Shown here piece after piece: positions 35,650 to 50,571 of a stretch of 64,000 nucleotides of DNA (within the stretch, counting starts at the first letter, position 1; every line of letters starts with the position of its first letter). The position numbers and the translations under genes are program-made. This DNA is from Octopus sinensis (Eukaryota), in NCBI RefSeq assembly GCF_006345805.1, contig NW_021835461.1, positions 1 through 64,000 on the forward strand, given 5' to 3'. Under the pieces are notes generated by a model. It saw only the letters and a list, made by a program, of their open reading frames with translations, did not search any database and was not told the origin of the DNA.

Positions 35650-37051
35650 ATAATAATAATATAAGAAGAAGAAGAAAAATAATAATAATAATAATAATAA
35701 TTAGAAGAAGAATAATAAGAAAAGTAATAATAATAAGAATAATACGAAGAATAATAATAATAAGAAGATGAATAAGAATAATAATAAGAAGAAGAAAAAG
35801 AAGAAGAATAATAAGAAGAAGAATAAGAATAATAATAATAATAAGACGAAGAAGAATAAGAATAATAATAATAATAAGAAGAAGAAGAAAAATAATAATA
35901 AGAAGAAGAAGAATTAGAAGAAGAATAATAAGAATAAGAGGAAGAAGAATAAGAAGAAGAATAATAATAAGAAGAAGAGTTATAATAAGAATAGTAAGAA
36001 TAATAATGATAATAATAATAATAATAAGAAGAAGAAGAATAAATATAATAGTAATAATAATAATAAGACGAAGAAGAAGAATAAGAATAATAATAAAAAG
36101 AATAATAAGAATAAGAAGAAGAAGAATAGTAATAATAATAATAATAATAATAGTAATAATAATAATTATAATAAAAATAATAATAATAATAATAAGAAGA
36201 AGAATAAGAATAGAAAAGAATAATAATAATAATAATAATAATAATATTAATAATAATAATAAAAATAATAATAATAAGAAGAAAAAGAATAATGATATTA
36301 TGAATAATAATAATATTAATAATAATAATAATAATAAGAAGAAGAATAATAATAAGAATAATGATATTAATAATAATAATAATGAGAATAATAATAATAA
36401 TCATCATCACCATCATCATCATTTAGCGTCCGTTTTCCATGCTAGCATGGGTTGGACGGTTCAACTGGGGTCTGTGAAGCCAGAAGGCTGCATCAGGCTC
36501 AGTCTGATCTGGCAGTGTTTCTACAGCTGGATGCCCTTCCTAACGCCAACCACTCCGTGAGTGTAGTGGGTGCTTTTTATGTGCCACCTGCACAGGTGCC
36601 AGACAGAGCTGGCAAACGGCCACGAACGGATGGTGCTTTTACGTGTCACCGGCACGGGGGCCAGGCGAGGCTGGCAATGGACACGAATGGATGGTGCTTT
36701 TACGTGCCACCGATGCAGGGGCCAGACAAAGCTGGCAAACGGCCACGAACGGTTCGTGCTTTTATGTGTCACCTGCACGGGGGGCAGGCGAGGCTGGCAA
36801 CGGACACGAATGGATGGTGCTTTTACGTGCCACCGACACGGAGGCTAGACGGGACGGCGCCGGCAACAACCAATAATAATAATAATAAAAATAATAATAA
36901 TAAGAAGAAGAATAATAATAAGAATAATAATAATAAAAATAATAATAATAAGAATAACAATAATAATAAGATTAAGAATAATAATAATAATAATAAGAAG
37001 AAGAATAAAAATAATAATAATAATATGAATAATAATAATAAGATGAATAAG

Positions 37052-37085
<34 letters not shown>

Positions 37086-37160
37086 GAATAATAATAATAA
37101 AAGTAATAAGAATAATAATAAGAAGAATAATAGTAATAACAACAATAATAATAAGATTAA

Positions 37161-37199
<39 letters not shown>

Positions 37200-37925
37200 G
37201 AAGAAGAAGAAGAAGAAGTAGAAGAAGAAGAAGAAGAAGGTGAATAATAAGAATAATAATTATAGTAATAATAATAATAATAAGAAGAAGAGTAAGAATT
37301 ATAATTATAACAATAAGAATAATAATAAGAAGAAGACGAAGAAGAATAAAAAATAATAATAATATGAATAATAATAATAAGATGAATAAGATAATAATAA
37401 TAATAATAATAAAAATAATAAGATTAAGAATAATAATAAGATAATAATAATAATAATAAGAAGAATAATAGTAATAACAACAATAATAATAAGATTAAGA
37501 ATAATAATATAATAATAATAATAATAATAATAATACGAAGAAGAAGAAGAAGAAGAAGTAGAAGAAGAAGAAGAAGAAGAAGAGAAGGTGAATAATAAGA
37601 ATAATTATAGTAATAATAATAATAAGAAGAAGAAGAGTAAGAATTATAATTATAACAATAAGAATAATAATAAGAAGAAGACGAAGAAGAATAAAAAGAA
37701 TGAGAATAATAATAATAATAATAATAATAATAGTAATAAAAATAATAAGATTAAGAAGAAAAAGAATAACAATAATAAAAATAATAATAATAAGAAGAAG
37801 AATAATAAGAATAATCAATAATATTGATAACAATAATAGTAATAACAAAAATAAAAAAATAATAATAAGAAGTAGAAAATAAGTATATTAAGAATAGTAA
37901 GAATAATAATAATAATATTAAAAAT
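35110..37925. repeat. AAT/AAG low-complexity block (outer type), interrupted by a SINE
   Basis: Almost entirely A, T and G triplets; internal ~335-bp duplication around 37195-37700. Confidence 0.95.
36401..36865 (-). mobile_element. RTE-tailed SINE with ~5 tandem ~61-bp modules, inserted in the AAT block
   Basis: Reverse-complement core and tail; ttta(c/t)gtg(c/t)cacc repeats at ~36576, 36638, 36700, 36761, 36822. Confidence 0.9.
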
Positions 37926-38438
37926 AAAAATATTTGGAAAATTTTCACCAAAACTTTTTCGAAAATATTTGCCGAAAATTTTAACCAAAAATTTTCACGG
38001 AAATTTTTCGAAAATTGTTTCCGAAAATTTTACTCAAAAATTTTACCTAAAAATTTTTCGAAAAATTTTTGCCGAAAATTTTACCTAAAAATATTTGGAA
38101 AATTTTCACCAAAACTTTTTCGAAAATATTTACCGAAAATTTTACCCAAAAATTTTCACGGAAATTTTTCGAAAATTGTTTCCGAAAATTTTACTCAAAA
38201 ATTTTACCTAAAAATTTTTCGAAAATTTTCAGCAAAATTTTTGAGTAAAATTTCGTGGATAATTTTCGAAAAATTTTTGGTAAAATTTTCGGTGAAAATT
38301 TTCGAAAAATGTCGGTGGACATTTTTGGTAAAATTTTCGGCAAAAATTTTAGAAAAATTTCGGTGAAAATTTTTCGGTAAAGTTTTCGAAAAAAATTTGG
38401 TGAAAATTTTCCAAAAATTTTTCGGTAAAATTTTCAAA
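37926..38438. repeat. A/T-tract satellite block; orientation flips at ~38220
   Basis: C-rich spacers (accc, cacc, gcc) up to 38220, G-rich spacers (ggta, ggtg, ggca) afterwards; 162-bp internal duplication at 37931/38093. Confidence 0.93.
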
Positions 38439-38940
38439 AAAACCCTAAAAAGCTGGAGAATTACGATTTCAGGACACAATAAGCACACTATCAAAACTTT
38501 TACTGAGAAAAGATATTTGCTGAACACGAGATGATCTTCTTTGAATTTGACGAAAAACGTAGTAGATGCCGGAATAGAAAAGCGTGAGTGAGAAAAGTTC
38601 AATGTACGTGTGTGCATTTGCGTGTGTGTGTGTGTGTGTGTGAGTCTGATGGGGTGTGAGGGGTGAGACGTCAGTCTTCTGCCATATATCAATTTGTATA
38701 TTCCTTGTGTTATCATGTGCTATAATTCGAAGCAATCCTATTTTCGTTCTGTGAAGTGAAGTTGGGTAATATATGTATAAAAAATAAGGTAGAATTGTTA
38801 TACTTGACAGATTTTTATGAGGTTTATTAACTGGATGGAATAAAGCCGCATGATTGAATTTAGAAACAAAAAAACATGAATGAAATCTTACGCGATTTAC
38901 TTTTGATTTTTTTCAATTTATTAACTTTAGAACATTCAAT

Positions 38941-39290
38941 ATGATGCGTAGAAGACAAAATAATAGTTTTCACTCATCTGAAATTCAACGCTCCAGAAGT
39001 CGAAGAGTTAGGAAAATACTAGAAGAATAGATAAACACTGGAGACACAAGAGCAACGAAAAGTAGAACTTCAGTTTGAAACAATCAAGGAAGCCAGTTTG
39101 CTGGAATAAAGGACACCAGAGCAGAAACGACAGAGGCTGGATTGTCAAGTCAATAGACAAGCCTGTTTGAGGAAACACGAGACACCCGTGCGGAAATGAT
39201 GGAGGCTGCAATCTGAAGCCTAAGAGAATAGGTGATAGCTTCAAGCTAACGCAGCCAGAAATTCACGTTCCAGAAAAGAAATATCAGAAC
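38941..39290 (+). mobile_element. Probable Helitron Rep/Hel N-terminal relic with charged repeats
   Basis: MMRRRQNN...LETQEQRKVELQ...RTPEQKRQRLDCQVNRQACLRKHETP (ETxEQR repeats); stops present. Confidence 0.55.
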
Positions 39291-39429
39291 AATGATAAAT
39301 CGGTTTAGAATTTAGATCATTTTCTCGCGAAGAATGGCAACTGTCAGCCTTTATCTATGTACTGACGCTACTATATATGCATATCTATCTATCTAAAAAT
39401 TAATACAGAGAGTTGCTTATTTACAAAAA

Positions 39430-39752
39430 AAAAAGAAATATAACATGTGACTTCATTGACCGAGGTTACCGTGGTCTTTTCCGTAGGCTTTTCCTTCCAC
39501 GGGTAAACCTCACCTGTCCTCCCCTTTACACTTCATATTGACATTTCTGTGATTACGATCCCTATTGATCAACTTTTTTTTCCTCTCCCCTTTCCCCCCT
39601 TCTTTTTTTTTAAATCCTCCCCTTTTTTTGTCCTCTTTCTTTCCTTATACGATCCCTTTTGATCGAAAACCAACCCCCTTTTTTTACCCTCAAAAGAAAA
39701 GCTCTACCTTGTAATTTGTTGTCTGTGTGCAGCCCTGTGTGGCTAATAAAGA
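39430..39752 (+). mobile_element. Probable LINE 3' UTR fragment ending in AATAAA
   Basis: Pyrimidine-rich tract ending gccctgtgtggctaataaagaaa, followed by microsatellites; family not determined. Confidence 0.35.
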
Positions 39753-39756
39753 AACA

Positions 39757-39802
<46 letters not shown>

Positions 39803-39811
39803 CCTACCTAC

Positions 39812-39861
<50 letters not shown>

Positions 39862-39866
39862 CTCTT

Positions 39867-39938
<72 letters not shown>

Positions 39939-39950
39939 TATATATATGTA
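39757..39950. repeat. Compound microsatellite (CTAT)n-(CT)n-(AT)n
   Basis: Direct reading. Confidence 0.95.
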
Positions 39951-40374
39951 TGTAACTAGGAACGGAAGTTGACAGGAAGATGATAGAGAGACATTCAGAG
40001 TCGTTGAAGTAGGAAGAGGAAAAGAAAGGGGCTATAAGATAAAATGAGAAAAAGTGAGAGAGAAGACGAAACGATGGGGTCATGGAAAATAACTAATATG
40101 AATAGTGGTGTGACAACGTAAACAGTATGAATATAATAATGCATTTGTAACGCATGCTAGACAGCTCCATCTTTTTAAAGTGGAACTAGTTAGCAATCTC
40201 AGGTGATAAATGACAAGCATTTCAATAAACCATTTTTGATTTATATTTCACATAAAAGCATATATATGGAAATATATTATTATCATTATTATTATAATTA
40301 TTATTATTATTATTAATATTATTATTATTATTGTTATTATCGTTATTATTATAGTTATTATTATTATTATTATT

Positions 40375-42666
40375 AAAAAATTTTTCGGAAATTTTACCCA
40401 AAAATTTTCACCGAAATTTTTCGAAAATTCTTGCCGAAAATTTTACCCACAAATTTTTAGAAAATTTTACCCAATAATTTTCACCGAAATTTTTAGAAAA
40501 TTTTTTCCGAAAATTTTACCCAAAAAATTTCACCGAAATTTTTTGAAAATTCTTGCCGAAAATTTTACCCAAAAATTTATCGAAAATTTTGCTCAAAAAT
40601 TTTCACCGAAATTTTTTCGAAAATTTTTGCTGAAAATTTTACCCAAAAATTTTTCGAAAATTCTTGCCGAAAATTTTACCCAAAACTTTTCACCGAAATT
40701 TTTCGAAAATTTTACCCACAAATTTTTCGAAAATTTTACCCAATAATTTTCACCGAAATTTTTAGAAAATTTTTTCCGAAAATTTTACCCAAAAAATTTC
40801 ACCGAAATTTTTTGAAAATTCTTGCCGAAAATTTTACCCAAAACTTTTCACCGAAATTTTTCCAAAATTTTTGCCGAAAATTTTACCCAAAAAATTTTCA
40901 CCGAAATTTTTCGAAAATTTTTGCTGAAAATTTTACCCAAAAATTTTTCGAAAATTTTTGCCGAAAATTTTACCCAAAACTTTTCACCGAAATTTTTCGA
41001 AAATTTTACCCACAAATTTTTCGAAAATTTTACCCAATAATTTTCACCGAAATTTTTGGAAAATTCTTGCCGAAAAGTTTACCCAAAAATTTATCGAAAA
41101 TTTTACCCACAAATTTTCACCGAAATTTTTCAAAAATTCTTGCCGAAAATTTTCGAAAATTTTCGGCAAGAATTTTCGAAAAATTTCGGTGAAAATTTGT
41201 GGGTGAAATTTTCGAAAAATTCTTTTTGTAAAATTTTCGAAAAATTTCTGTGGATTTTACCCAAAATTTTCCACCGAAATTTTTTGAAAATTTTACCAAA
41301 AATTTTTCCAAAATTTTCCACCAAAATTTACCCAAAGAATTTTTCCAAAATTTACCCAAAAATTTTCACCGAAATTTTTCGAAAATTCTTGCCGAAAATT
41401 TTACCCACAAATTTTTAGAAAATTTTACCCAATAATTTTCACCGAAATTTTTAGAAAATTTTTTCCGAAAATTTTACCCAAAAAATTTCACCGAAATTTT
41501 TTGAAAATTCTTGCCGAAAATTTTACCCAAAAATTTATCGAAAATTTTACCCAAAAATTTATCGAAAATTTTGCTCAAAAATTTTCACCGAAATTTTTTC
41601 GAAAATTTTTGCCGAAAATTTTACCCAAAAATTTTTCGAAAATTCTTGCCGAAAATTTTACCCAAAACTTTTCACCGAAATTTTTCGAAAATTTTACCCA
41701 CAAATTTTTCGAAAATTTTACCCAAAAATTTTCACCGAAAATTTTCGAAAATTCTTGCCGAAAATTTTACCCAAAAATTTATCGAAAATTTTACCCACAA
41801 ATTTTCACCGAAATGTTTCAAAAATTCTTGCCGAAAATTTTCGAAAATTTTCGGCAAGAATTTTTCGAAAAATTTCGGTGAAAATTGTGGGTGAAATTTT
41901 CGAAAAATTCTTTTTAGTAAAATTTTCGAAAAATTTCTGTGGATTTTACCCAAAAATTTTCCACCGAAATTTTTCGAAAATTTTACCAAAAATTTTTCCA
42001 AAATTTTCCACCAAAATTTACCCAAAGAATTTTTCCAAAATTTACCCAAAAATTTTCACCGAAATTTTTCCAAAATTTTGCCGAAAATTTTACCCAAAGA
42101 TTTCCACCGAAAATTTTCGAAAATTTTCACCGAAAATTTTACCAAAAGCGTTTCGAAAATTTTCCACCAAAATTTTTCGAAAATTTTACCCAACATTTTT
42201 CGAAAATTTTCCCAAACACTTTTCGAAAATTTTCCACCAAAATTTACCCAAAGAATTTTTCGAAAATTTTACCCAAAAATTTTCACAGAAATTTTTCGAA
42301 AATTCTTGCCGAAAGTTTTACCCACAAATTTTCACCGAAATTTTGCGAAAATCTTTGCCGAAAATTTTGCGCAAAAATTTTCAACCAAATTTTCCGTGCA
42401 AATTTTGGGAAAAATTTTACCCAAAAATTTCCACCGAAATTTTTCGAAAATTTTACCAAAAATTTTTCGAAAATTTTCCAAGAAAATTTTACAAAAAATT
42501 TTTCCAAAATTTTCAAATTTTCCCAAAGAATTTTTCGAAACTTTTACCCAAAAATTTTCACCGATATATTTCGAAAATTTTTGCAAAAATTTTACCCAAA
42601 ATAATAATAATAATAATAAGGAATAATAGTAATAATAACACCGATAATAATAATAAGAAGAAGAAG

Positions 42667-42708
<42 letters not shown>

Positions 42709-43122
42709 AATAATATTAATAAGAATAATAAGAAGAATAAGAATAATAAGAGAATAATAATAATCATAGTAATAATAATAAAAAAAAAATAATAATAATA
42801 ATATAATAATAATAATAATAATAAGACGAATAAGAAGAATATGAATAATAATAATGATAATAATATAATAATAATAATAATAATAGATGAATAAGAAGAA
42901 CAAGAATAAGAATAATAATAATAAGAAGAAGAATTTAATAAGATATTAAGAATAATAATAATAAGAAAAATTGTAATAATAATATTAATAATAAAAATAA
43001 TAATAATAAGAAGAAGAATAATAAAAATAATAATAAGAAGAAGAAGAATAAGATAATAATAATAGACGAAGAAAAATAATAATAATAATAAGAAGAAAAA
43101 GTGTAAGAATAATAATAGGAAA

Positions 43123-43188
<66 letters not shown>

Positions 43189-43200
43189 AATAATAAGATT

Positions 43201-43235
<35 letters not shown>

Positions 43236-44246
43236 GAAAAATAATAAGAAAAATAATAATAATAATAGTAATAATAATAATGAAAAAATAATAAGAAGAA
43301 TAATAAGAATAAAAAGAAAAATAATAATAATAATAATAATAAGAAGAAGAAGAAGAATAATAAAAATTTCCGAAAATTTTACCCAAAAAATTTCACCGAA
43401 ATTTGTCGAAAATTTTACCCAAAAATCTATCGAAAATTTTGCCCAAAAAATTTCACTGAAATTTTTCGAAAATTCTTGCCGAAAATTTTACCCACAAAGT
43501 TTTCGAAAATTTTACCCAAAAATTTTCACCGAAATATTTCGAAAATTTTTGCCGAAAATTTTACCCAAAAATTTTTGGAAAATTTTCACCAAACTTTTTC
43601 GAAAATTTTACTCAAATTTTCCGATAATTTTTACCGAAAATTTTACCCCAAAATTTATCGAAAATTTTGGCCAAAAATTTTACCTAAAACTTTTTCGAAA
43701 ATTTTACCCAAAAATTTTTACCGTAATTTTTCGAAAATTCTTGCCGAAAATTTTACCCACAAATATTTCGAAAATTGTACCCAAAAATTTTCACCGAAAT
43801 TTTTCGGAATTTTTGCCGAAAATTTTACCCAAAAATTTTTTCGAAAATTCTTGCCGAAAATTTTACCCAAAAATTTTCACCGAAATTTTTCGAAAATTCT
43901 TGCCGAAAGTTTTACCCACAAATTTTCACCGAAATTTTGCGAAAATCTTTGCCGAAAATTTCGCCCAAAAATTTTCAACCAAATTTTCCGTGCAAATTTT
44001 TGGGAAAAATTTTACCCAAAAAATTTCCACCGAAATTTTTCGAAAATTTTCAAAGAAAATTTTACCAAAAATTTTTCAAAAAATTTTCAAATTTTCCCAA
44101 AGAATTTTTCGAAAATTTTACCCAAAAAATTTTCACACGATATATTTCGAAAATTTTTGCAAAAATTTACCCAAAATAATAATAATAATGATAAGAAATA
44201 ATAGTAATAATAACACCGATAATAATAATAATAAGAAGAAGATTAA

Positions 44247-44298
<52 letters not shown>

Positions 44299-44431
44299 AA
44301 TAATATTAATAAGAATAATAAGAAGAATAAGAATAATAAAGAGAATAATAATAATCATAGTAATAATAAAAAAAAAAATAATAATAATAATAATAATAAG
44401 ACGAATAAGAAGAACAAGAATAATAATAATG

Positions 44432-44466
<35 letters not shown>

Positions 44467-44851
44467 TAGATGAATAAGAAGAACAAGAATAAGAATAATA
44501 ATAATAAGAAGAAGAATATTAATAAGAATATTAAGAATAATAATAATAAGAAAAATTGTAATAATAATATAATAATAAAAATAATAAGAAGAAGAAGAAG
44601 AAGAAGAATAATAATAAGAATAAGAATAAGATAATAATAATAAGACGAAGAAAAATAATAATAAGAAGAAGAATAATTATAACAATAATAATAAGAAAAA
44701 TAATAAGAAAAATAATAAGGAGAACAATTTTAAGAATAATAATAATAATAGGAAGAATAATAATAATAAGAATAATATTACTAAGAAGAAGAAGATAAAT
44801 AATAATAATAAGAATAATAATAATAATAATAATAATGAGAATAATAAGATT

Positions 44852-44882
<31 letters not shown>

Positions 44883-45438
44883 TATAATAATAAAAAGAAG
44901 AATAATAAGAATAATATAATAAAAATAATAATAATAATAGTAATAATAATAATGAAAAAATAATAATAAGAATAATAAGAATAATACTAAGAATAATAAG
45001 AATAAAAAGAAAAATAATAATATAATAATAATAATAAGAAGAAGAAGAAGAAGAAGAAGAAGAAAAATTTCCGAAAGTTTTACCCAAAAAATTTCACCGA
45101 AATTTTTCGAAAATCTTTGCCGAAAATTTTGCCCAAAAATTTTCAACCAAATTTTCCGTGCAAAATTTTGTGAAAAATTTTACCCAAAAAATTTCCACCA
45201 AAATTTTTCGAAAATTTTCCATGAAAATTTTACCAAAAATTTTTCGAAAATTTACCACGAAAATTTTACAAAAAATTTTTCCAAAATTTTCAAATTTTCC
45301 CAAAGAATTTTTCGAAACTTTTACCAAAAAATTTTCACCGATATATTTCGAAAATTTTTGCAAAAATTTACCCAAAATAATAATAATATAATAAGAATAA
45401 TAATAATAATAATAGATGAATAAGAAGAACAAGAATAA

Positions 45439-45481
<43 letters not shown>

Positions 45482-45901
45482 AATAATATTAATAAGAATA
45501 ATAAGAAGAATAAGAATAATAAAGAGAATAATAATAATCATAGTAATAATAATAAAAAAAAAATAATAATAACAATAATAATAATAATAATAATAAGACG
45601 AATAAGAAGAATATGAATAATAATAATGATAATAATAATAATAATAATAATAATAATTAGATGAATAAGAAGAACAAGAATAAGAATAATAATAATAAGA
45701 AGAAGAATATTAATAAGAATATTAAGAATAATAATAATAAGAAAAATTGTAATAATAATATTAATAATAAAAATAATAATAATAAGAAGAAGAATAATAA
45801 AAATAATAATAAGAAGAAGAAGAATAAGATAATAATAATAGACGAAGAAAAAAAAAAATAATAATAATAAGAAGAAAAAGTGTAAGAATAATAATAGGAA
45901 A

Positions 45902-45941
<40 letters not shown>

Positions 45942-45978
45942 GAATAATAATAATAATAATAATGAGAATAATAAGATT

Positions 45979-46013
<35 letters not shown>

Positions 46014-47722
46014 GAAAAAAGATAAGAATATATTATAATAATGATAGTAATAATAATAATGAAAAAATAATAAGAAGAATAATAAGAATAAAAAGAAAAA
46101 TAATAAAAATAATAATAATAAGAAGAAGAAGAAGAATAATAAAAATTTCCGAAAATTTTACCCAAAAAATTTCACCGAAATTTGTCGAAAATTTTACCCA
46201 AAAAAATCTATCGAAAATTTTGCCCAAAAAATTTCACTGAAATTTTCGAAAATTCTTGCCGAAAATTTTACCCACAAAGTTTTCGAAAATTTTACCCAAA
46301 AATTTTCACCGAAATATTTCGAAAATTTTTGCCGAAAATTTTACCCAAAAATTTTTGGAAAATTTTCACCAAACTTTTTCGAAAATTTTACTCAAATTTT
46401 CCGATAATTTTTACCGAAAATTTTACCCAAAAATTTATCGAAAATTTTGGCCAAAAATTTTACCTAAAACTTTTTCGAAAATTTTACCAAAAATTTTTAC
46501 CGTAATTTTTCGAAAATTCTTGCCGAAAATTTTACCCACAAATATTTCGAAAATTGTACCCAAAAATTTTCACCGAAATTTTTCGGAAATTTTTGCCGAA
46601 AATTTTACCCAAAAATTTTTTCGAAAATTCTTGCCGAAAATTTTACCCAAAAATTTTCACCGAAATTTTTCGAAAATTCTTGCCGAAAGTTTTACCCACA
46701 AATTTTCACCGAAATTTTGCGAAAATCTTTGCCGAAAATTTTGCCCAAAAATTTTCAACCAAATTTTCCGTGCAAATTTTTGGGAAAAATTTTACCCAAA
46801 AAATTTCCACCGAAATTTTTCGAAAATTTTCAAAGAAAATTTTACCAAAAATTTTTCAAAAAATTTTCAAATTTTCCCAAAGAATTTTTCGAAAATTTTA
46901 CCCAAAAATTTTCACCGATATATTTCGAAAATTTTTGCCGAAAATTTTACCCAAAATAATAATAATAATGATAAGAAATAATAGTAATAATAACACCGAT
47001 AATAATAATAATAAGAAGAAGATTAAGAATAATAATAATAATAATAATAATATAATAATAATAATAATAATAATAATACTAATAATATTAATAAGAATAA
47101 TAAGAAGAATAAGAATAATAAAGAGAATAATAATAATCATAGTAATAATAATAATAAAAATAATAATAATAATAATAAAAATAATAATAAGAAGAATAAG
47201 AAGAACAAGAATAATAATAATGATAATAATAATAATAATAATAATAATAATATAATAAGACGAATAAGAAGAACAAGAATAAGAATAATAATAATAGAAG
47301 AAGAATATTAATAAGAATATTAAGAATAATAATAATAAGAAAAATTGTAATAATAATATTAATAATAAAAATAATAAGAAGAAGAAGAAGAAGAAGAAGA
47401 AGAATAATAATAAGAATAAGAATAAGATAATAATAATAAGACGAAGAAAAATAATAATAAGAAGAAGAAGAATAATTATAACAATAATAATAAGAAAAAT
47501 AATAAGAAAAATAATAATAAGAAGAAGAATATTAATAAGAATAATAATAATAATAGAAGAATAATAATAATAAGAATAATATTATAAGAAGAAGAAGATA
47601 AATAATAATAATAATAAGAATAATAATAATATAATATAATAATAAGAATAATAAGAATAATATTATAATAATGATAGTAATAATAATAATAATAATATAA
47701 ATAATAAAAAGAAGAATAATAA

Positions 47723-47754
<32 letters not shown>

Positions 47755-48313
47755 GTAATAATAATAATGAAAAAATAATAATAAGAATAATAAGAATAAT
47801 ACTAAGAATAATAAGAATAAAAAGAAAAATAATATAATAATAATAATAATAATAAGAAGAAGAAGAAGAAGAAGAAGAAAAATTTCCGAAAGTTTTACCC
47901 AAAAAATTTCACCGAAATTTTTCGAAAATCTTTGCCGAAAATTTTGCCCAAAAAATTTCACCGAAATTTTTCGAAAATTTTTGCTGAAAATTTTACCCAA
48001 AAAATTTCCACCAAAATTTTTCGAAAATTTTCCATGAAAATTTTACCAAAAATTTTTCCAAAATTTTCAAATTTTCGCAAAGAATTTTTCGAAAATTTTA
48101 CCCAAAAATTTTCACCGATATATTTCGAAAATTTTTGCCGAAAATTTTACCCAAAAATTTTCAACGAAATTGTTCGAAAATTGTTGCTGAAAATTTTACC
48201 CAAAATAATAATAATAATAATAAGGAATAATAGTAATAATAATAATAATAAGATTAAGAATATAATTATAATAATAATAATAAGAAGAAGAAGAAGAATA
48301 AGAAGAATAAAGA

Positions 48314-48346
<33 letters not shown>

Positions 48347-48736
48347 GACGAATAAGAAGAACAAGAATAATAATAATGATAATAATAATAATTAGATGAA
48401 TAAGAAGAACAAGAATAAGAATAATAATAATAATAAGAAGAATATTAATACGAATATTAAGAATAATAATAATAAGAAAAATTGTAATAATAATATTAAT
48501 AATAAAAAAAATAATAATAAGAAGAAGAATAATAAAAATAATAATAATAAGAAGAAGAAGAATAAGATAATAATAATAAAACGAAGAAAATTAATAATAA
48601 TAAGAAGAAGAATAAGTATAAGAATAATAATAGGAAAAATAATAATAAGAATAATAATGAGAAGAATTTTACGAATAATAATAATAATAGGAAGAAGAAT
48701 AATAATAAGAAGAATAATACTAAGAAGAAGAAGATA

Positions 48737-48780
<44 letters not shown>

Positions 48781-49971
48781 GAAGAATAATAAGAACAATA
48801 TTATAATAACAATAGTAATAATAATAAGAATAATAAGAATAAAAAGAAAAATAATAATAATAATAAGAAGAAGAAAATAAAAATTTCCGAAAATTTTACC
48901 CAAAATATTTCACCGAAATTTTTCGAAAATTCTTGCCGAAAATTTTACCCAAAAATCTATCGAAAATTTTGCCCAAAAAATTTCACCGAAATTTTTTGAA
49001 AATTCTCGCCGAAAATTTTACCCAAAAAGTTTTGGAAAATTTTCACCAAACTTTTTCGAAAATTTTACTCAAAAATTTTTCGATAATTTTTACCGAAAAT
49101 TTTACCCAAAAATTTATCGAAAATTTTGGCCAAAAACTTTACCCAAAAATTTTTCGAAAATTCTAGCCGAAAATTTTACCCAAAAATTTTTACCGTAATT
49201 TTTCGAAAATTGTTGCCGAAAATTTTACCCACAAATATTTCGAAAATTGTACCCAAAAATTTTCACCGAAATTTTTCGGAAATTTTTGCCGAAAATTTTA
49301 CCCAAAAAGTTTTGAAAAATTTTCACCAAAATTTTTTCGAAAATTCTTGCCGAAAATTTTACCCAAAAATTTTCACCGAAATTTTTCGAAAATTCTTGCC
49401 GAAATTTTTACCCACTAATTTTCACCGAAATTTTGCGACAATCTTTGCCTAAAATTTTGCCCAAAAGTTTTCAACCAAATTTTCCGTGCAAATTTTTGGG
49501 AAACATTTTACCCAAAATTTCCACCGAAATTTTTCGAAAATTTTACCAAAAATTTTTCCAAAATTTTCAAATTTTGCCAAAGAATTTTTGCCGAAAAGTT
49601 TACCCAAAAATTTTGAACGAAATTTTTTGAAAATTCTTGCCGAAAGTTTTACCCACAAATTTTTCAAAAATTTTACCCAAAAATTTTCACCGATATATTC
49701 CGAAAATTTTTGCCGAAAATTTTACCGAAAAATTTTCAACGAAATTTCTCGAAAATTCTTGCCGAAAATTTTACCCAAAATAGTAATAATACTAATAAGG
49801 AATAATAGTAATAATAACACCGATAATAATAATAATAATAATAATAAGATTAAGAATAATAATAATAATAAGAAGAAGAAGAGGGAATAATAATAATACT
49901 AATAATATTAGTAAGAATAATAATAATAAGAAGAAGAAGAATAATAAAGAGAATAATAATGATAATAATAA

Positions 49972-50002
<31 letters not shown>

Positions 50003-50540
50003 AGGATGAATAAGAAGAACAAGAATAATAATAATGATAATAATAATAATTAGATGAATAAGAAGAACAAGAATAAGAATAATAATAAGAAGAAGAAGAA
50101 TATTAATAAGAATATTAAGAATAATAATAATAAGAAAAATTGTAATAATAATATTAATAATAAAAATAATAATAATAATAAGAAGAAGAATAAAAATAAT
50201 AATAAGAAGAAGTAGAATAAGAATAAGATAATAATAATAAGACGAAGAAAAAATTTTCTACGAAAATTTTCCCCAAAATTTTCCCAAAAATTTTCAAATT
50301 TTCCCAAAGAATTTTTCGAAAATTTTACCCAAAAATTTTCAACGAAATTTTTTGAAAATTCTTGCCGAAAATTTTACCCAAAATAATAATAATATAATAA
50401 TAAGGAATAATAGTAATAATAACACCGATAATAATAAGATAATAATAATAATAATAATAATAATACTAATAATATTAATAAGAATAATAAGAAGAAGAAT
50501 AAGAATAATAATAATAAAAGAAGAATATTAATAAGAATAA

Positions 50541-50571
<31 letters not shown>

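Noticed and set aside
35213-37951. Poly-I/N/Y/S ORFs (e.g. 35337-36422) and those at 61-64 kb
   Set aside because: AAT/AAG microsatellite read-through.
38441-38449. Telomeric repeat (aaccctaa; also ~34418)
   Set aside because: Single copies only.
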